IMG/VR virus record: IMGVR_UViG_3300045988_126112
Coordinates: 160,001-224,000 of that record
DNA length: 64,000 bases
DNA from: a virus
Strand: one strand, 5' to 3'
The notes under the pieces are model-generated. The model had not been told where the DNA came from and did not search any database. It saw only the letters and a program-made list of their open reading frames with translations. Both the position numbers and the translations under genes were made by a program. Positions 1 to 8,986 of the stretch are shown piece after piece. Position 1 is the stretch's first letter; the number at the start of each line of letters is the position of its first letter.

Positions 1-1
1 A

Positions 2-736
2 TTAGGTTTGCAACAACAGCAACAACAATATTATCAACAACCACAATATTATCCCCAACAACAACAAGGGGGGATGATTAATACTGGATATGGATATAAT
101 ATGTTTAACAATATGCCATATTATTCTGGTAATTATAATGTAAACAATCCATATTTAGTAGAACAACAAAGAAGACAACAATATGAAACACAACAACAAG
201 AGATTAAAAAGAAAGACGAATTTATCTATAAATTAGATAATATTGCAAGACGTGCTTTAAATCAACCAGAGTATTTTGTTCCAACTGAAGAAGAGCAACG
301 AGAAAGATTAACTCCAGAACAACAAATGGAACAATATGAAGAATATAGAATGAATGCAGATATAGCATATATTCAAGCAATAGACAATGAAAGACATAGA
401 AGTGTAGACAAGTATGTGTTACATGCAAATTCAATAGCAAAAAATTTGGAGCAAGCAAAACAGGCACTTCCAGAAAACCCATCAGCATCTGATTGTCTTA
501 AGAGAATGTCTGATCAATATATTCAAATGAAAGAACAAGAACAAAGAAGGAATGCATTTGCTAAGAATTATAATAGTAAAGGATATGGTCAACTTCTTCA
601 AAGAGATGGAAGAAGTGGAAGTTATTTTGATGGTGTATTTGGTGGATTAGATAATACAATTAATTTCACTACACCAGATTCAGAGTTCTTAGAACATAAA
701 AAGATGTTCTTAGAATTAATATCTAGACAATTATAA
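2..736 (+). CDS. protein with Q/N/Y-rich low-complexity N-terminus (5' end may lie upstream of window)
   Basis: Frame open to window edge; track start is TTG at 8; QQQQQQYYQQPQYYPQQQQGG..NNMPYYSGNYNVNNPY then charged helical C-half. Confidence 0.6.
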   Translation, partial: LGLQQQQQQYYQQPQYYPQQQQGGMINTGYGYNMFNNMPYYSGNYNVNNPYLVEQQRRQQYETQQQEIKKKDEFIYKLDNIARRALNQPEYFVPTEEEQRERLTPEQQMEQYEEYRMNADIAYIQAIDNERHRSVDKYVLHANSIAKNLEQAKQALPENPSASDCLKRMSDQYIQMKEQEQRRNAFAKNYNSKGYGQLLQRDGRSGSYFDGVFGGLDNTINFTTPDSEFLEHKKMFLELISRQL

Positions 737-749
737 GGGGTGTGATATC

Positions 750-1604
750 ATGAGTGCAATTTCTGATATATTATATACAAAGGAGCAAACTCCATTAGAA
801 TTTCAATTTGATAATCTAATGGGTCCTCCTGTGTACTCTTTATTAACTAGAGAGGATGTATATCAATTAAATAAAATAGCAACAAGTTTAAAATATGCCT
901 CAAATGTTAAGCTTAAATACAAAATGATGGATAGTATTATGGCTCAAAGAGGCTTTAGACATTTTGCTTGTGGAACTAATAGAAGAATTTATCGTCATTA
1001 TATGTATGATACTTTCTTATTTAAAGTAGCAATAGACAGAGTTGGATTAGAAGATAATCCAAATGAATTCAATAATCAAGAATTGTTAAAACCTTTTGTT
1101 GCTAAAATGTTTGATACTACACCATGTGGTACAGTATCTTCAGTAGAAAGGGTTATTCCAATATCAACTAGACAAGAGTTCATATCTGTAGCTTCTGATG
1201 TATTTGATATGGTTTGGAAGAAAATCATAGGTAAATATGTATTAGAAGATATAGGAGAAAAATGTTTTATGAATTATGGATTAAGAAGAGGATTTGGTCC
1301 TTGTCTTATAGATTATCCATATCTATTTGAAGTAGATTATGATAAGTTAGTTTGTCATAATGAAATAAATGGATATCCTTGTAATGGTCTTATAGATTAT
1401 GATATAGGATTTAATGTATTAAGATGTGAAAAATGTGGAAAAGAATATCCAGCTAGAAAACTTCAAAAAGCTATAAAAGAAAAGGAAGTGTTTATAGATG
1501 ATGAAGAATCATATATAACAGATAAATTAAGATTTAAGATAACAAATCAAAATGGTGATTTGATATTAGATAGGACTCAAGCTGAGTCTGAAATAATTCA
1601 ATAG
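750..1604 (+). CDS. hypothetical protein; possible kinase-like fold plus C-terminal Cys-rich zinc ribbon
   Basis: RBS AAGGGG before ATG; LEDIGEKCFMNYG...CLIDYPY resembles catalytic-loop/DFG-like spacing; CHNE..PCNG..CEKCG cluster. Confidence 0.5.
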   Translation: MSAISDILYTKEQTPLEFQFDNLMGPPVYSLLTREDVYQLNKIATSLKYASNVKLKYKMMDSIMAQRGFRHFACGTNRRIYRHYMYDTFLFKVAIDRVGLEDNPNEFNNQELLKPFVAKMFDTTPCGTVSSVERVIPISTRQEFISVASDVFDMVWKKIIGKYVLEDIGEKCFMNYGLRRGFGPCLIDYPYLFEVDYDKLVCHNEINGYPCNGLIDYDIGFNVLRCEKCGKEYPARKLQKAIKEKEVFIDDEESYITDKLRFKITNQNGDLILDRTQAESEIIQ

Positions 1605-1615
1605 GAGGTTTTATT

Positions 1616-2353
1616 ATGAGAAAAATAAATAGAAATAAAGGAAATGTAATGAAGATAACTATAAGAAATGAATATGGATTACCAGTATATGAAAATAGTG
1701 GCACATTTATAGACAAAACAGAAAAACGTAAAGGTGGCACTTATAAGGAAATAAGTGGTAATATGAAAGTTATAGTTAAAGATAGTATGGGAAATGAAAT
1801 ATATCATAGTAAAGATAAACCTAAAAGAAAAAATAACAAAAAGAACGATTATAATCAATATAAAGAAGGTAATAAACGTAAAGAACAAGAAGCTGCAAAA
1901 TCTATAAAAGAAAATGCTAAAAGAGCTGAACAAGAGAAAATAGATAGAGAAGCTCAAGCTAGTAAACAAGCTGAAGAATTTTTCAAGAAAAAAGAACAAG
2001 AAGCTAAGAAAGTTCATCAACAAACTATAGAGCAAGTACAAACAATGCTAGATACTCAAGATAAAAAAGAAGAAAAACCAAAGAAAAAGAAAGTTAGAAA
2101 GTATACACCATATGCTGAAATGAAAAAGCTTCAAAAAGCTAAAGAAGAATTAAATATCGAATCAACATCTAGTAATAGGCTACCAGATGATGTAAATGAT
2201 ATTATAAAATCAGCAATAGGTAGTGAGCCACCTAAACCATTAATTGACGACGATAATTCAAAATATGAAGCAATGGCTGCTGAATATGGTTATGATGAAG
2301 ATGAAGGTGGTCGTCAAAAAATAAGAAAAACAAATAAAGGAGGAGAATATTAA
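1616..2353 (+). CDS. highly charged K/E-rich protein
   Basis: GGAGG RBS; long lysine/glutamate-rich middle (KKEQEAKK, EEKPKKKKVRK). Confidence 0.7.
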   Translation: MRKINRNKGNVMKITIRNEYGLPVYENSGTFIDKTEKRKGGTYKEISGNMKVIVKDSMGNEIYHSKDKPKRKNNKKNDYNQYKEGNKRKEQEAAKSIKENAKRAEQEKIDREAQASKQAEEFFKKKEQEAKKVHQQTIEQVQTMLDTQDKKEEKPKKKKVRKYTPYAEMKKLQKAKEELNIESTSSNRLPDDVNDIIKSAIGSEPPKPLIDDDNSKYEAMAAEYGYDEDEGGRQKIRKTNKGGEY

Positions 2354-3111
2354 TGTTTGTAGATTTAAATTTAGTTGTAAATGAACAAGATTTATTCAAG
2401 TATCCTGATTCTATGGTTATATTCATAGGAGATTGTAGAAGTGCTGAATCTCAAAAACTTTTAAATATAACTAGAGGATTAGAAGGAATGGCATTTAATC
2501 CATCTATAGAAGCTAGTCAAGCATATATAGAAGGAGATGTAAATGATTTCATTAGATTGTATAGTGAATATCTAAAGCATGAACAAAATGTGAATAGTTA
2601 TCTATTAAGTATTGTTCAAGCAACAACAATACTTAAGAAATCAGTTGTTTTATATATAGACCAATCTTCTTATAATATGTATTATCAAATATTAGCAAAT
2701 TATATGAGATCATCATATGGTATAACTGTAGGTGATAGATTAAGAAATATTCCAGGTCAAGTAGATGACAATTATCTACCACAATTATATTATAATATGT
2801 ATCATGCTGGTGATTTATCAATTCAAGATTTTCTTCAAGTAAATAGAATGCCAGTAAATGATATGAGATTACAAGATGTACTTTTATATGCATATTTCAA
2901 TAATATAATAACAGCTGAAAGTTATTTAGTAAATATGTGTCTTCCAACATATCCAGATACTTTAGTCAACAAACTATTAAATGATTTAGGTCTTAATAAT
3001 ATTTTCACCAATGAACAAGGCTATATTCGTTTATTGAATATAGTAAAACAAGACATTATAAATAATGGTGGTCAATTCGTAAGAAGACCACATTATGATT
3101 TATCTTGTTAG
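2353..3111 (+). CDS. hypothetical protein
   Basis: ATG overlaps upstream stop (TAATG); AAGGAGGAG RBS; 252-aa ORF. Confidence 0.7.
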   Translation: MFVDLNLVVNEQDLFKYPDSMVIFIGDCRSAESQKLLNITRGLEGMAFNPSIEASQAYIEGDVNDFIRLYSEYLKHEQNVNSYLLSIVQATTILKKSVVLYIDQSSYNMYYQILANYMRSSYGITVGDRLRNIPGQVDDNYLPQLYYNMYHAGDLSIQDFLQVNRMPVNDMRLQDVLLYAYFNNIITAESYLVNMCLPTYPDTLVNKLLNDLGLNNIFTNEQGYIRLLNIVKQDIINNGGQFVRRPHYDLSC

Positions 3112-3551
3112 CATTTAGTAGAGTTTTACCAATAAGAGAAATGGAGGTATATAATTTAACTTCATTATATGAAGGATTTCCATTAGTTAGATTAGTACCT
3201 CCATTTGATATTATTGATAATGGTGGAAATAATTTTGATATAAATTATTTAATGTGGTTAATGAACGATCCAGTAGCATCTAAAGATTTCTTTAATATTA
3301 TATTTAAAGTATCTATAGGTGTAGATGTTTGTATACTAATAGTTGATGATGAAAGATTCGATATGATACATGAATCAATACAAAAATTAATATCTCAAAG
3401 ATATGGTATTGTATCGAATGTAATAAATGATATGGAAGATTGGGATGAAGTAACTGAAATAGGTCCAAGAACTCCAGCTCATGTTTATAATCTTGATTAT
3501 GATATGAATATGAATTGGGGTAAATTGGATAAATCAATGAATACATTATAA
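3105..3551 (+). CDS. hypothetical protein (start uncertain: TTG 3105 or ATG 3141)
   Basis: 148-aa ORF in operon; no strong RBS for either start. Confidence 0.55.
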   Translation: MLAFSRVLPIREMEVYNLTSLYEGFPLVRLVPPFDIIDNGGNNFDINYLMWLMNDPVASKDFFNIIFKVSIGVDVCILIVDDERFDMIHESIQKLISQRYGIVSNVINDMEDWDEVTEIGPRTPAHVYNLDYDMNMNWGKLDKSMNTL

Positions 3552-3579
3552 AGAGGTCTAATGACCTCTTTATTTTTTT
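3550..3579 (+). terminator. intrinsic terminator
   Basis: AAAGAGGTC-taat-GACCTCTTT followed by T-run. Confidence 0.7.
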
Positions 3580-3590
3580 AGGAGGTTATT

Positions 3591-4370
3591 ATGATACAAA
3601 AAACAAACTTTACAAAAGATATATCATTTCTAATAAATAGAAATATATATGAATACGATATTAGTAAAGCTAATATCAATATTCTATTACATGCAAATGT
3701 GATAGATAATAAAACGTATACTAGATTATATAATGCTAGTAGAGAAGAAAGGCAAAAAGAAGTTGGTATAATGATATTGAAAGATAGTAATATCTATAAT
3801 ATCATAAATACTAATATAAAGAATATGAGAAATAAATTGATGGAAGTTAATAATATATATGATGATGATATATTGTCAGCTAAGAATGATGCATTATTTA
3901 TAATAGATAAGAAACCAAAGATAACTAAATTCGATAATATAGAATTTGTATTAAAGAATGTATATACATCTTTTTATAAAATTGATTCTTTAGAGTTGTA
4001 TTATTTCTGTGATACTGCGAATGGAATTGAAAAATTAGATGTAAAAGGAATAGCAGATAATGCATTAGTAAAACATAATGAATACTTGTTAGATTTCTTT
4101 AAAGCACTATTTGAAACTATACAATATAATATTAATGATGCTGTAATAATGCTTAGACAGTTTTATACAGATTATATTAATAATAGATTAGATGTAGGAT
4201 ATTATAGAAATTTTGACAGTAGTTCAATGTATACTTTAAATGTATATAATAATATATACAATTCAATATCTCCACCATCAAGTATTGAATATATAAATAA
4301 AGATTACAATTTAAATATACTTAGAGATATGTGGCAAATTGTTTCTCATATAGTTTTAAATAAAAAGTAG
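3591..4370 (+). CDS. hypothetical protein
   Basis: AGGAGG RBS; 259-aa ORF; weak polymerase-palm-like strings (YDISKANINILL, NDALFII) judged insufficient. Confidence 0.7.
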   Translation: MIQKTNFTKDISFLINRNIYEYDISKANINILLHANVIDNKTYTRLYNASREERQKEVGIMILKDSNIYNIINTNIKNMRNKLMEVNNIYDDDILSAKNDALFIIDKKPKITKFDNIEFVLKNVYTSFYKIDSLELYYFCDTANGIEKLDVKGIADNALVKHNEYLLDFFKALFETIQYNINDAVIMLRQFYTDYINNRLDVGYYRNFDSSSMYTLNVYNNIYNSISPPSSIEYINKDYNLNILRDMWQIVSHIVLNKK

Positions 4371-4403
4371 TAAGGGTTATTTCACCTTACTACTTTATTT
4401 TTT
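4362..4403. terminator. bidirectional terminator between convergent genes
   Basis: AGTAGTAAGG...CCTTACTACT hairpin with A-run upstream and T-run downstream. Confidence 0.6.
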
Positions 4404-4822
4404 GGAAAATCATCTCTAATTCTATTATTCTCTGCAACATACAAAGATACTAGTAGATATACTTTTTCAGCTATAATATCACTTATGGAATCTGGGTCAT
4501 AATATAAAGCAATATTATTCATAATAGATATAGATATCCTATCGGATATTTTATCAATTACTTCATGTAATATTTTCTTTTCATATTCTCTATTTATATA
4601 ATCTTGTTTATGTTCAAGATACATTATTCTATAACTTTCAAATTCTGAAGTTATAAGAGTATCCATTAAATTATTCACGCTTTCTAAAGATTTAACTTCT
4701 GGTAGTCTTATTAAATCTTGTCTTATCTTTCTTTTTATATCCATCAAAATAGTTATTATAAAAAATACTAATACTATTAAAGATATTAAAAATAATATTT
4801 CAACACAGTTTTTAACAATCAT
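4382..4822 (-). CDS. membrane-anchored hypothetical protein
   Basis: AAGGAGG RBS; N-terminal hydrophobic helix ILFLISLIVLVFFIITILM. Confidence 0.7.
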   Translation of the reverse strand: MIVKNCVEILFLISLIVLVFFIITILMDIKRKIRQDLIRLPEVKSLESVNNLMDTLITSEFESYRIMYLEHKQDYINREYEKKILHEVIDKISDRISISIMNNIALYYDPDSISDIIAEKVYLLVSLYVAENNRIRDDFPKNKVVR

Positions 4823-4853
4823 TGTTAGTTCCTCCTTTAATAATTATTATAGT

Positions 4854-4864
4854 TATATATTATA
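4854..4864 (+). promoter_or_regulatory. early-class promoter-like motif TATATATTATA
   Basis: Exact copy of motif recurring 17+ times about 35-65 nt before start codons. Confidence 0.45.
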
Positions 4865-4926
4865 GTAATGTGAAAGAAATATAATTTAAATATTTCTTAA
4901 ACATATAAAAATAAGGAGGTAGAGTT

Positions 4927-5247
4927 ATGTTAAAAGACAACAAAAAGAAAAGATATCTTGTAAGTTTTGTAGGAGTATTTACAAGTGAACAATTTCAAAC
5001 TCCTATAATAAAAGAGTATCTTGATGTTGTAGAAGCAACAGGAAAGAAGAAAGCTGAAAAGATAATAAGAAAAAGACAACCTGAATATGAAAGATGGTCA
5101 GAAGGAGATAATAGATTAAAACGTCTATTAAATCTAGAACACGATGAAAGATTATTGACTAAGGTAATTAAAGAATTAAAACCTGGTGAATCTTTAGAAG
5201 ATTACGAAGGTAAAAATTATGTAAATCAAATATTAGGAGGTATGTAA
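4927..5247 (+). CDS. hypothetical protein
   Basis: AAGGAGG RBS; 106 aa. Confidence 0.7.
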   Translation: MLKDNKKKRYLVSFVGVFTSEQFQTPIIKEYLDVVEATGKKKAEKIIRKRQPEYERWSEGDNRLKRLLNLEHDERLLTKVIKELKPGESLEDYEGKNYVNQILGGM

Positions 5248-5250
5248 TAT

Positions 5251-6129
5251 ATGTTATATAGAATATATAATCAAACAGAAATGAGAGCTATGGATACTGC
5301 ATTTAAATTATTTCAAGAAGGAAGAATTAATTTAGGTGAATACAATCAATTTATAGAATTAATAAATAATGGTACTTATATGAATTTAATAGGAGGTATG
5401 GAATTAATGAAAGATAAATTTATATTTGATGGAATAAAAATGACAGATGAAAAGAAAAGCTATGGAAAAGTAAGTGAATTTGATAAAGAAGACAAAGAAA
5501 AAATAATGTCAGATTTTAAAGGTTATCTATTTGAATTATCTGAAAGAAATAATGTTTGTAACTTAAAAGCTATGAAAAATCCATTTATGGATGCTTTAAT
5601 AGATGGATTAGAAAAAGCAACTAAACAAAAACAACAAACTCCTACAGTAGATTTATCAAAAAGTAGATTAGATTTACCATTATGCCCAAGAAGAAATAAT
5701 GGTGATTTTAATTACGATTACTCTGAATGGTTAAATAATAGAAAAGAAGTGTGTACAAAATGTACTGCACTTTGTCCAGAAAGAGAGAATTATATAAAAG
5801 ATGATGAAGTAGTATATAATAAAATTAATCCAATACTAGCAGATGAAAGTTCTGCAAATGATTATAGTGACTTTGATAGTTTACCTATTGAAGATGATTA
5901 TACAGTAGAACCTCAAGATTGTTTATATAGTTATGCAGATGTGATGAGAATGCTTTTGAATCTGTCTGACATACAAATACCAAGACAAACATTAATGACA
6001 ATGGATGATTTAGAATTAGAAAATTATGCTCATCAAATATCTAAAAACAATGATAGCTTTAAATTTAAATATGACAAAATTAAAGAGATAATGAATGATA
6101 TAGCTCAAAAACGTTCAGAAGAAATATAA
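5251..6129 (+). CDS. hypothetical protein with Cys cluster
   Basis: GGAGG RBS inside upstream gene end; CPRR...CTKCTALCPE. Confidence 0.7.
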   Translation: MLYRIYNQTEMRAMDTAFKLFQEGRINLGEYNQFIELINNGTYMNLIGGMELMKDKFIFDGIKMTDEKKSYGKVSEFDKEDKEKIMSDFKGYLFELSERNNVCNLKAMKNPFMDALIDGLEKATKQKQQTPTVDLSKSRLDLPLCPRRNNGDFNYDYSEWLNNRKEVCTKCTALCPERENYIKDDEVVYNKINPILADESSANDYSDFDSLPIEDDYTVEPQDCLYSYADVMRMLLNLSDIQIPRQTLMTMDDLELENYAHQISKNNDSFKFKYDKIKEIMNDIAQKRSEEI

Positions 6130-6139
6130 GCTATACAAA

Positions 6140-6171
6140 GTAAAGAGGACGAATCCTCTTTACTTTTTTTT
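6140..6171 (+). terminator. intrinsic terminator
   Basis: GTAAAGAGGA-cgaa-TCCTCTTTAC + T8. Confidence 0.75.
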
Positions 6172-6202
6172 ATAAAAATAATATATATTGGAGGTATGTA
6201 AT

Positions 6203-6991
6203 ATGAAAGATATGGGATTTAATAGTTATTGTTTAATAGCTGAAGATAGCAATTATGAAATTTATAGACAAACTGATATACAATATGGGAATGCAGATTA
6301 TTTTGTTATAAATAAAAATGATGTATCTGATGATATTGATTCATATACAGTAGATTCTAGACAAGCAACTAAAAGAAGAAGAGGAACTAAAATGACACAT
6401 CATGTTAATAGATTCTTAAGAGATAATTGTACTGAAGATGCTAGAATGTATTATGATAAATATAATAGTGTTTTTGAATATGCTGAATCAATGGCATTAT
6501 TTCAAACATATTATGATAGAGTAATAAAAATTGTAGATAAAGAATATATAATGCATGTATTAGGTCTTTGTGGTCCTGATGTAGCATTAGCAGTATTATG
6601 TACTATGTTTAAAAATGGTGATTCAGTAATTAAGAAATTTATTAAAATAAAACAATCTGATAAAATATATATAGATACATCAATAAGAGCAAAAGCTAGT
6701 GAAGTAGATGAAGTTTATAATGGTATAATAAAAGAAGGATACAAATATAATAAACAAAAACTAAAAGATTTAATTGATGCTATACCTGATGAAGAATTAA
6801 AGAAATGTATTAATAATGATATAATAGAATCTTGCTCTATTAATATTGCTAGAAAACTATTTTTAGATATTGTAGAGCATAACGATATTGTATTAAAAAC
6901 ATTATTATGCTATACACACAATCTATTAGGTGAAGAGAAATTCTATGAAATTATAGAATATAAGAAAAAGAGAGCAAGAAAAAATAAATAG
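6203..6991 (+). CDS. hypothetical protein
   Basis: GGAGG sits 8 nt before ATG 6203; the track's TTG 6188 overlaps the RBS. Confidence 0.7.
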   Translation: MKDMGFNSYCLIAEDSNYEIYRQTDIQYGNADYFVINKNDVSDDIDSYTVDSRQATKRRRGTKMTHHVNRFLRDNCTEDARMYYDKYNSVFEYAESMALFQTYYDRVIKIVDKEYIMHVLGLCGPDVALAVLCTMFKNGDSVIKKFIKIKQSDKIYIDTSIRAKASEVDEVYNGIIKEGYKYNKQKLKDLIDAIPDEELKKCINNDIIESCSINIARKLFLDIVEHNDIVLKTLLCYTHNLLGEEKFYEIIEYKKKRARKNK

Positions 6992-6997
6992 CAAAAG

Positions 6998-7032
6998 AAA
7001 TAAAGATAGGACGAATCCTATCTTTATTTTTT
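6998..7032. terminator. bidirectional terminator
   Basis: AAAGATAGGA-cgaa-TCCTATCTTT flanked by A-run and T-run, between convergent genes. Confidence 0.7.
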
Positions 7033-7034
7033 GA

Positions 7035-7682
7035 TTAATCTAAATATTGTGACCAATTCATTACATTTTTTCTAAGTTCTAAGATGCCACCATCATCAGC
7101 TGCATCACCTTTAGATATTACATCATCAAGATAATGAATTACTTTATAAGCAATTTCTTTAGTGATACCATAATTATATTTGTTTAAAAGATTATACCAA
7201 TTACCGAATATCATTTTAGGTGATAAATATAAACTATCGGTATTATGATATAATTGATGTGGAGTTTTAGATAGCATAGTCAACGGTATATTATGAAGTC
7301 TATGTTCCTGTTTAAGTTTCTTTATTAAATCAAAAGTACTTATATAACCTGTAGTATTTATAGTATGCTCAGTTATCATTAAAGCTACATCAAATATAGT
7401 TAATATACAATGATGCATTTCTAATGTAGCCATATCATCAGTTATATTACCATGTACTTGACAATGGTCTAATCCATAAGACATAAGTTCAGATTTGATA
7501 GCTTTATAAGCTCTACTACCTCTGAATTGTCTTATAGCATTACTAAGAAAATTCTTATAAGCTTCAGTATCTTGAAGTGTTTCTCTTGATTGATAAAACG
7601 GTAAAATGAATTCAGAATTAGGTGAATGAATTATAGGATTAAATGTACTATTTATTACATTTATATCTGGAAGATTACTCAT
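7035..7682 (-). CDS. hypothetical protein (His/Cys-rich core, function unknown)
   Basis: AAGGAGG RBS; HCQVHG..LEMHHC string; late-class motif upstream. Confidence 0.7.
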   Translation of the reverse strand: MSNLPDINVINSTFNPIIHSPNSEFILPFYQSRETLQDTEAYKNFLSNAIRQFRGSRAYKAIKSELMSYGLDHCQVHGNITDDMATLEMHHCILTIFDVALMITEHTINTTGYISTFDLIKKLKQEHRLHNIPLTMLSKTPHQLYHNTDSLYLSPKMIFGNWYNLLNKYNYGITKEIAYKVIHYLDDVISKGDAADDGGILELRKNVMNWSQYLD

Positions 7683-7708
7683 TCTAATTACCTCCTTTAT
7701 AGTATATT

Positions 7709-7720
7709 TATTGTATTGTT
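7709..7720 (-). promoter_or_regulatory. late-class promoter-like motif AACA-N6-TA
   Basis: Minus strand reads AACAATACAATA, 27 nt before ATG 7682. Confidence 0.45.
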
Positions 7721-7735
7721 AAAATAAGTAATGGT

Positions 7736-7746
7736 TATATATTATA
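7736..7746 (+). promoter_or_regulatory. early-class promoter-like motif TATATATTATA
   Basis: Followed by conserved leader AAGGTGTAATAAAAAT and the RBS of 7787. Confidence 0.5.
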
Positions 7747-7786
7747 AAGGTGTAATAAAAATATAATTTATTAGGAGGAATTAATT

Positions 7787-8569
7787 ATGGATAATAAAAC
7801 TAAAATATCATTATTCTTTGACTTACAAATAATAACAAATAAAGACGGTGAACCAATTTATATGGATTTCGTCAAACAATCAGAAGAAGGCGATACTATG
7901 ATATCAGAAGAATTATACCCAGAAATATTTGGTGCTTTATTAAAAACTAAAAATGAAGGTAGAAGATATGTGTGTCCAGTAATGCAATACTATTCATATT
8001 TAGAAAATTCTATGCGTTCATTAAATAAACAATATGAAAATGATGTTTATAATAGAATAATAAAAGATAATATGTCTACAATAGTATCTAAAGCAGTAGC
8101 TGATTTAGATGTATTAGATAAACATATTGTAAATATTCCAAAAGAAATTTATACAATTAGTATAGAAATAGAATTAGAAGGTACAGGTATATCATCATTA
8201 AAATGTAGTTTATTCTCACCAACTGGAAAAAAAGAATGTGATATACTGGAAAAAGCATTATTCTTCTTATATATGTATTATAAAGAAATAAATTCAGATA
8301 ACATAGCTAAATCTATCACTTATCTATTATGCTTCTCTGTAGATAATAATGATATTAATACAGCAAATATATTTAATATATTTACAGGAGATTTAGGTTT
8401 TATATTTGATTATAAGAAGACTGAGGACGACGAAGATGATTCATATCTAGAAGACCTTAGTGAAAATTATATAGACAATTTTTTAGATGTAATTATAGGT
8501 GGATTAAATAAATTATATTATGGAGATTTTATAGACGAAACTTATAGAGTAAGTAAACTTTTAAACTAG
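7787..8569 (+). CDS. hypothetical protein
   Basis: AGGAGG RBS; 260 aa. Confidence 0.7.
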   Translation: MDNKTKISLFFDLQIITNKDGEPIYMDFVKQSEEGDTMISEELYPEIFGALLKTKNEGRRYVCPVMQYYSYLENSMRSLNKQYENDVYNRIIKDNMSTIVSKAVADLDVLDKHIVNIPKEIYTISIEIELEGTGISSLKCSLFSPTGKKECDILEKALFFLYMYYKEINSDNIAKSITYLLCFSVDNNDINTANIFNIFTGDLGFIFDYKKTEDDEDDSYLEDLSENYIDNFLDVIIGGLNKLYYGDFIDETYRVSKLLN

Positions 8570-8580
8570 GAGGAATAATT

Positions 8581-8922
8581 ATGATATCTAAGAAAAGAGT
8601 GCAATTTAATGTAATAACAACAGAAGACAATAATGAAAAGAATGTCATTATATCTGATTTCTATGTATCTGACTTAACAGAAAGAACTTTCACTACGTTG
8701 GATGCAGAAGAAATGGAAGTTATAAAAAATGAATTTAATAGAGAAAGCAATAAACTACTAGAAGTACTTACTAATTCTAATGGAGATATAAGTTGTACAT
8801 TAGGTGAAACATTAGTTAGTATTTTAAGAAATGAAAATATTAATGAAATTGCTAAAGTCAATACAATTAATACTATCATTGACTTAGTAAGAGAAACATT
8901 AAATAATAAAGACATATTATAA
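8581..8922 (+). CDS. hypothetical protein
   Basis: AGGAGG RBS; 113 aa. Confidence 0.7.
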   Translation: MISKKRVQFNVITTEDNNEKNVIISDFYVSDLTERTFTTLDAEEMEVIKNEFNRESNKLLEVLTNSNGDISCTLGETLVSILRNENINEIAKVNTINTIIDLVRETLNNKDIL

Positions 8923-8928
8923 AGAGAT

Positions 8929-8955
8929 AAACTGGGGAAACCCAGTTTATTTTTT
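8929..8955 (+). terminator. intrinsic terminator
   Basis: AAACTGGG-gaaa-CCCAGTTT + T-run. Confidence 0.75.
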
Positions 8956-8986
8956 GCACATATTTATAATAAAAGGAGGGATATAA

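Noticed and set aside
3591-4370. Possible degenerate polymerase palm (YDISKANINILL resembling DYSQIELR or DxxSLYPS; NDALFII resembling DTDSLFI), as the missing DNA polymerase half.
   Set aside because: Register and catalytic residues do not fit either family convincingly. The protein is too short and has no exonuclease motifs. Left as hypothetical.
6140-7025. Shared GGACGAATCC core in two neighbouring terminator loops (6148 and 7009), and the recurring AGGAGGTATGTAATATG junction (5233, 6190, 41787).
   Set aside because: They are short and explained by reuse of favoured terminator-loop and RBS-spacer sequences. There is no evidence of separate function.
7035-7682. HNH-endonuclease-like string (CQVHG...LEMHHC).
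   Set aside because: The downstream Asn/His and second Cys pair expected of an HNH motif are not present in register.
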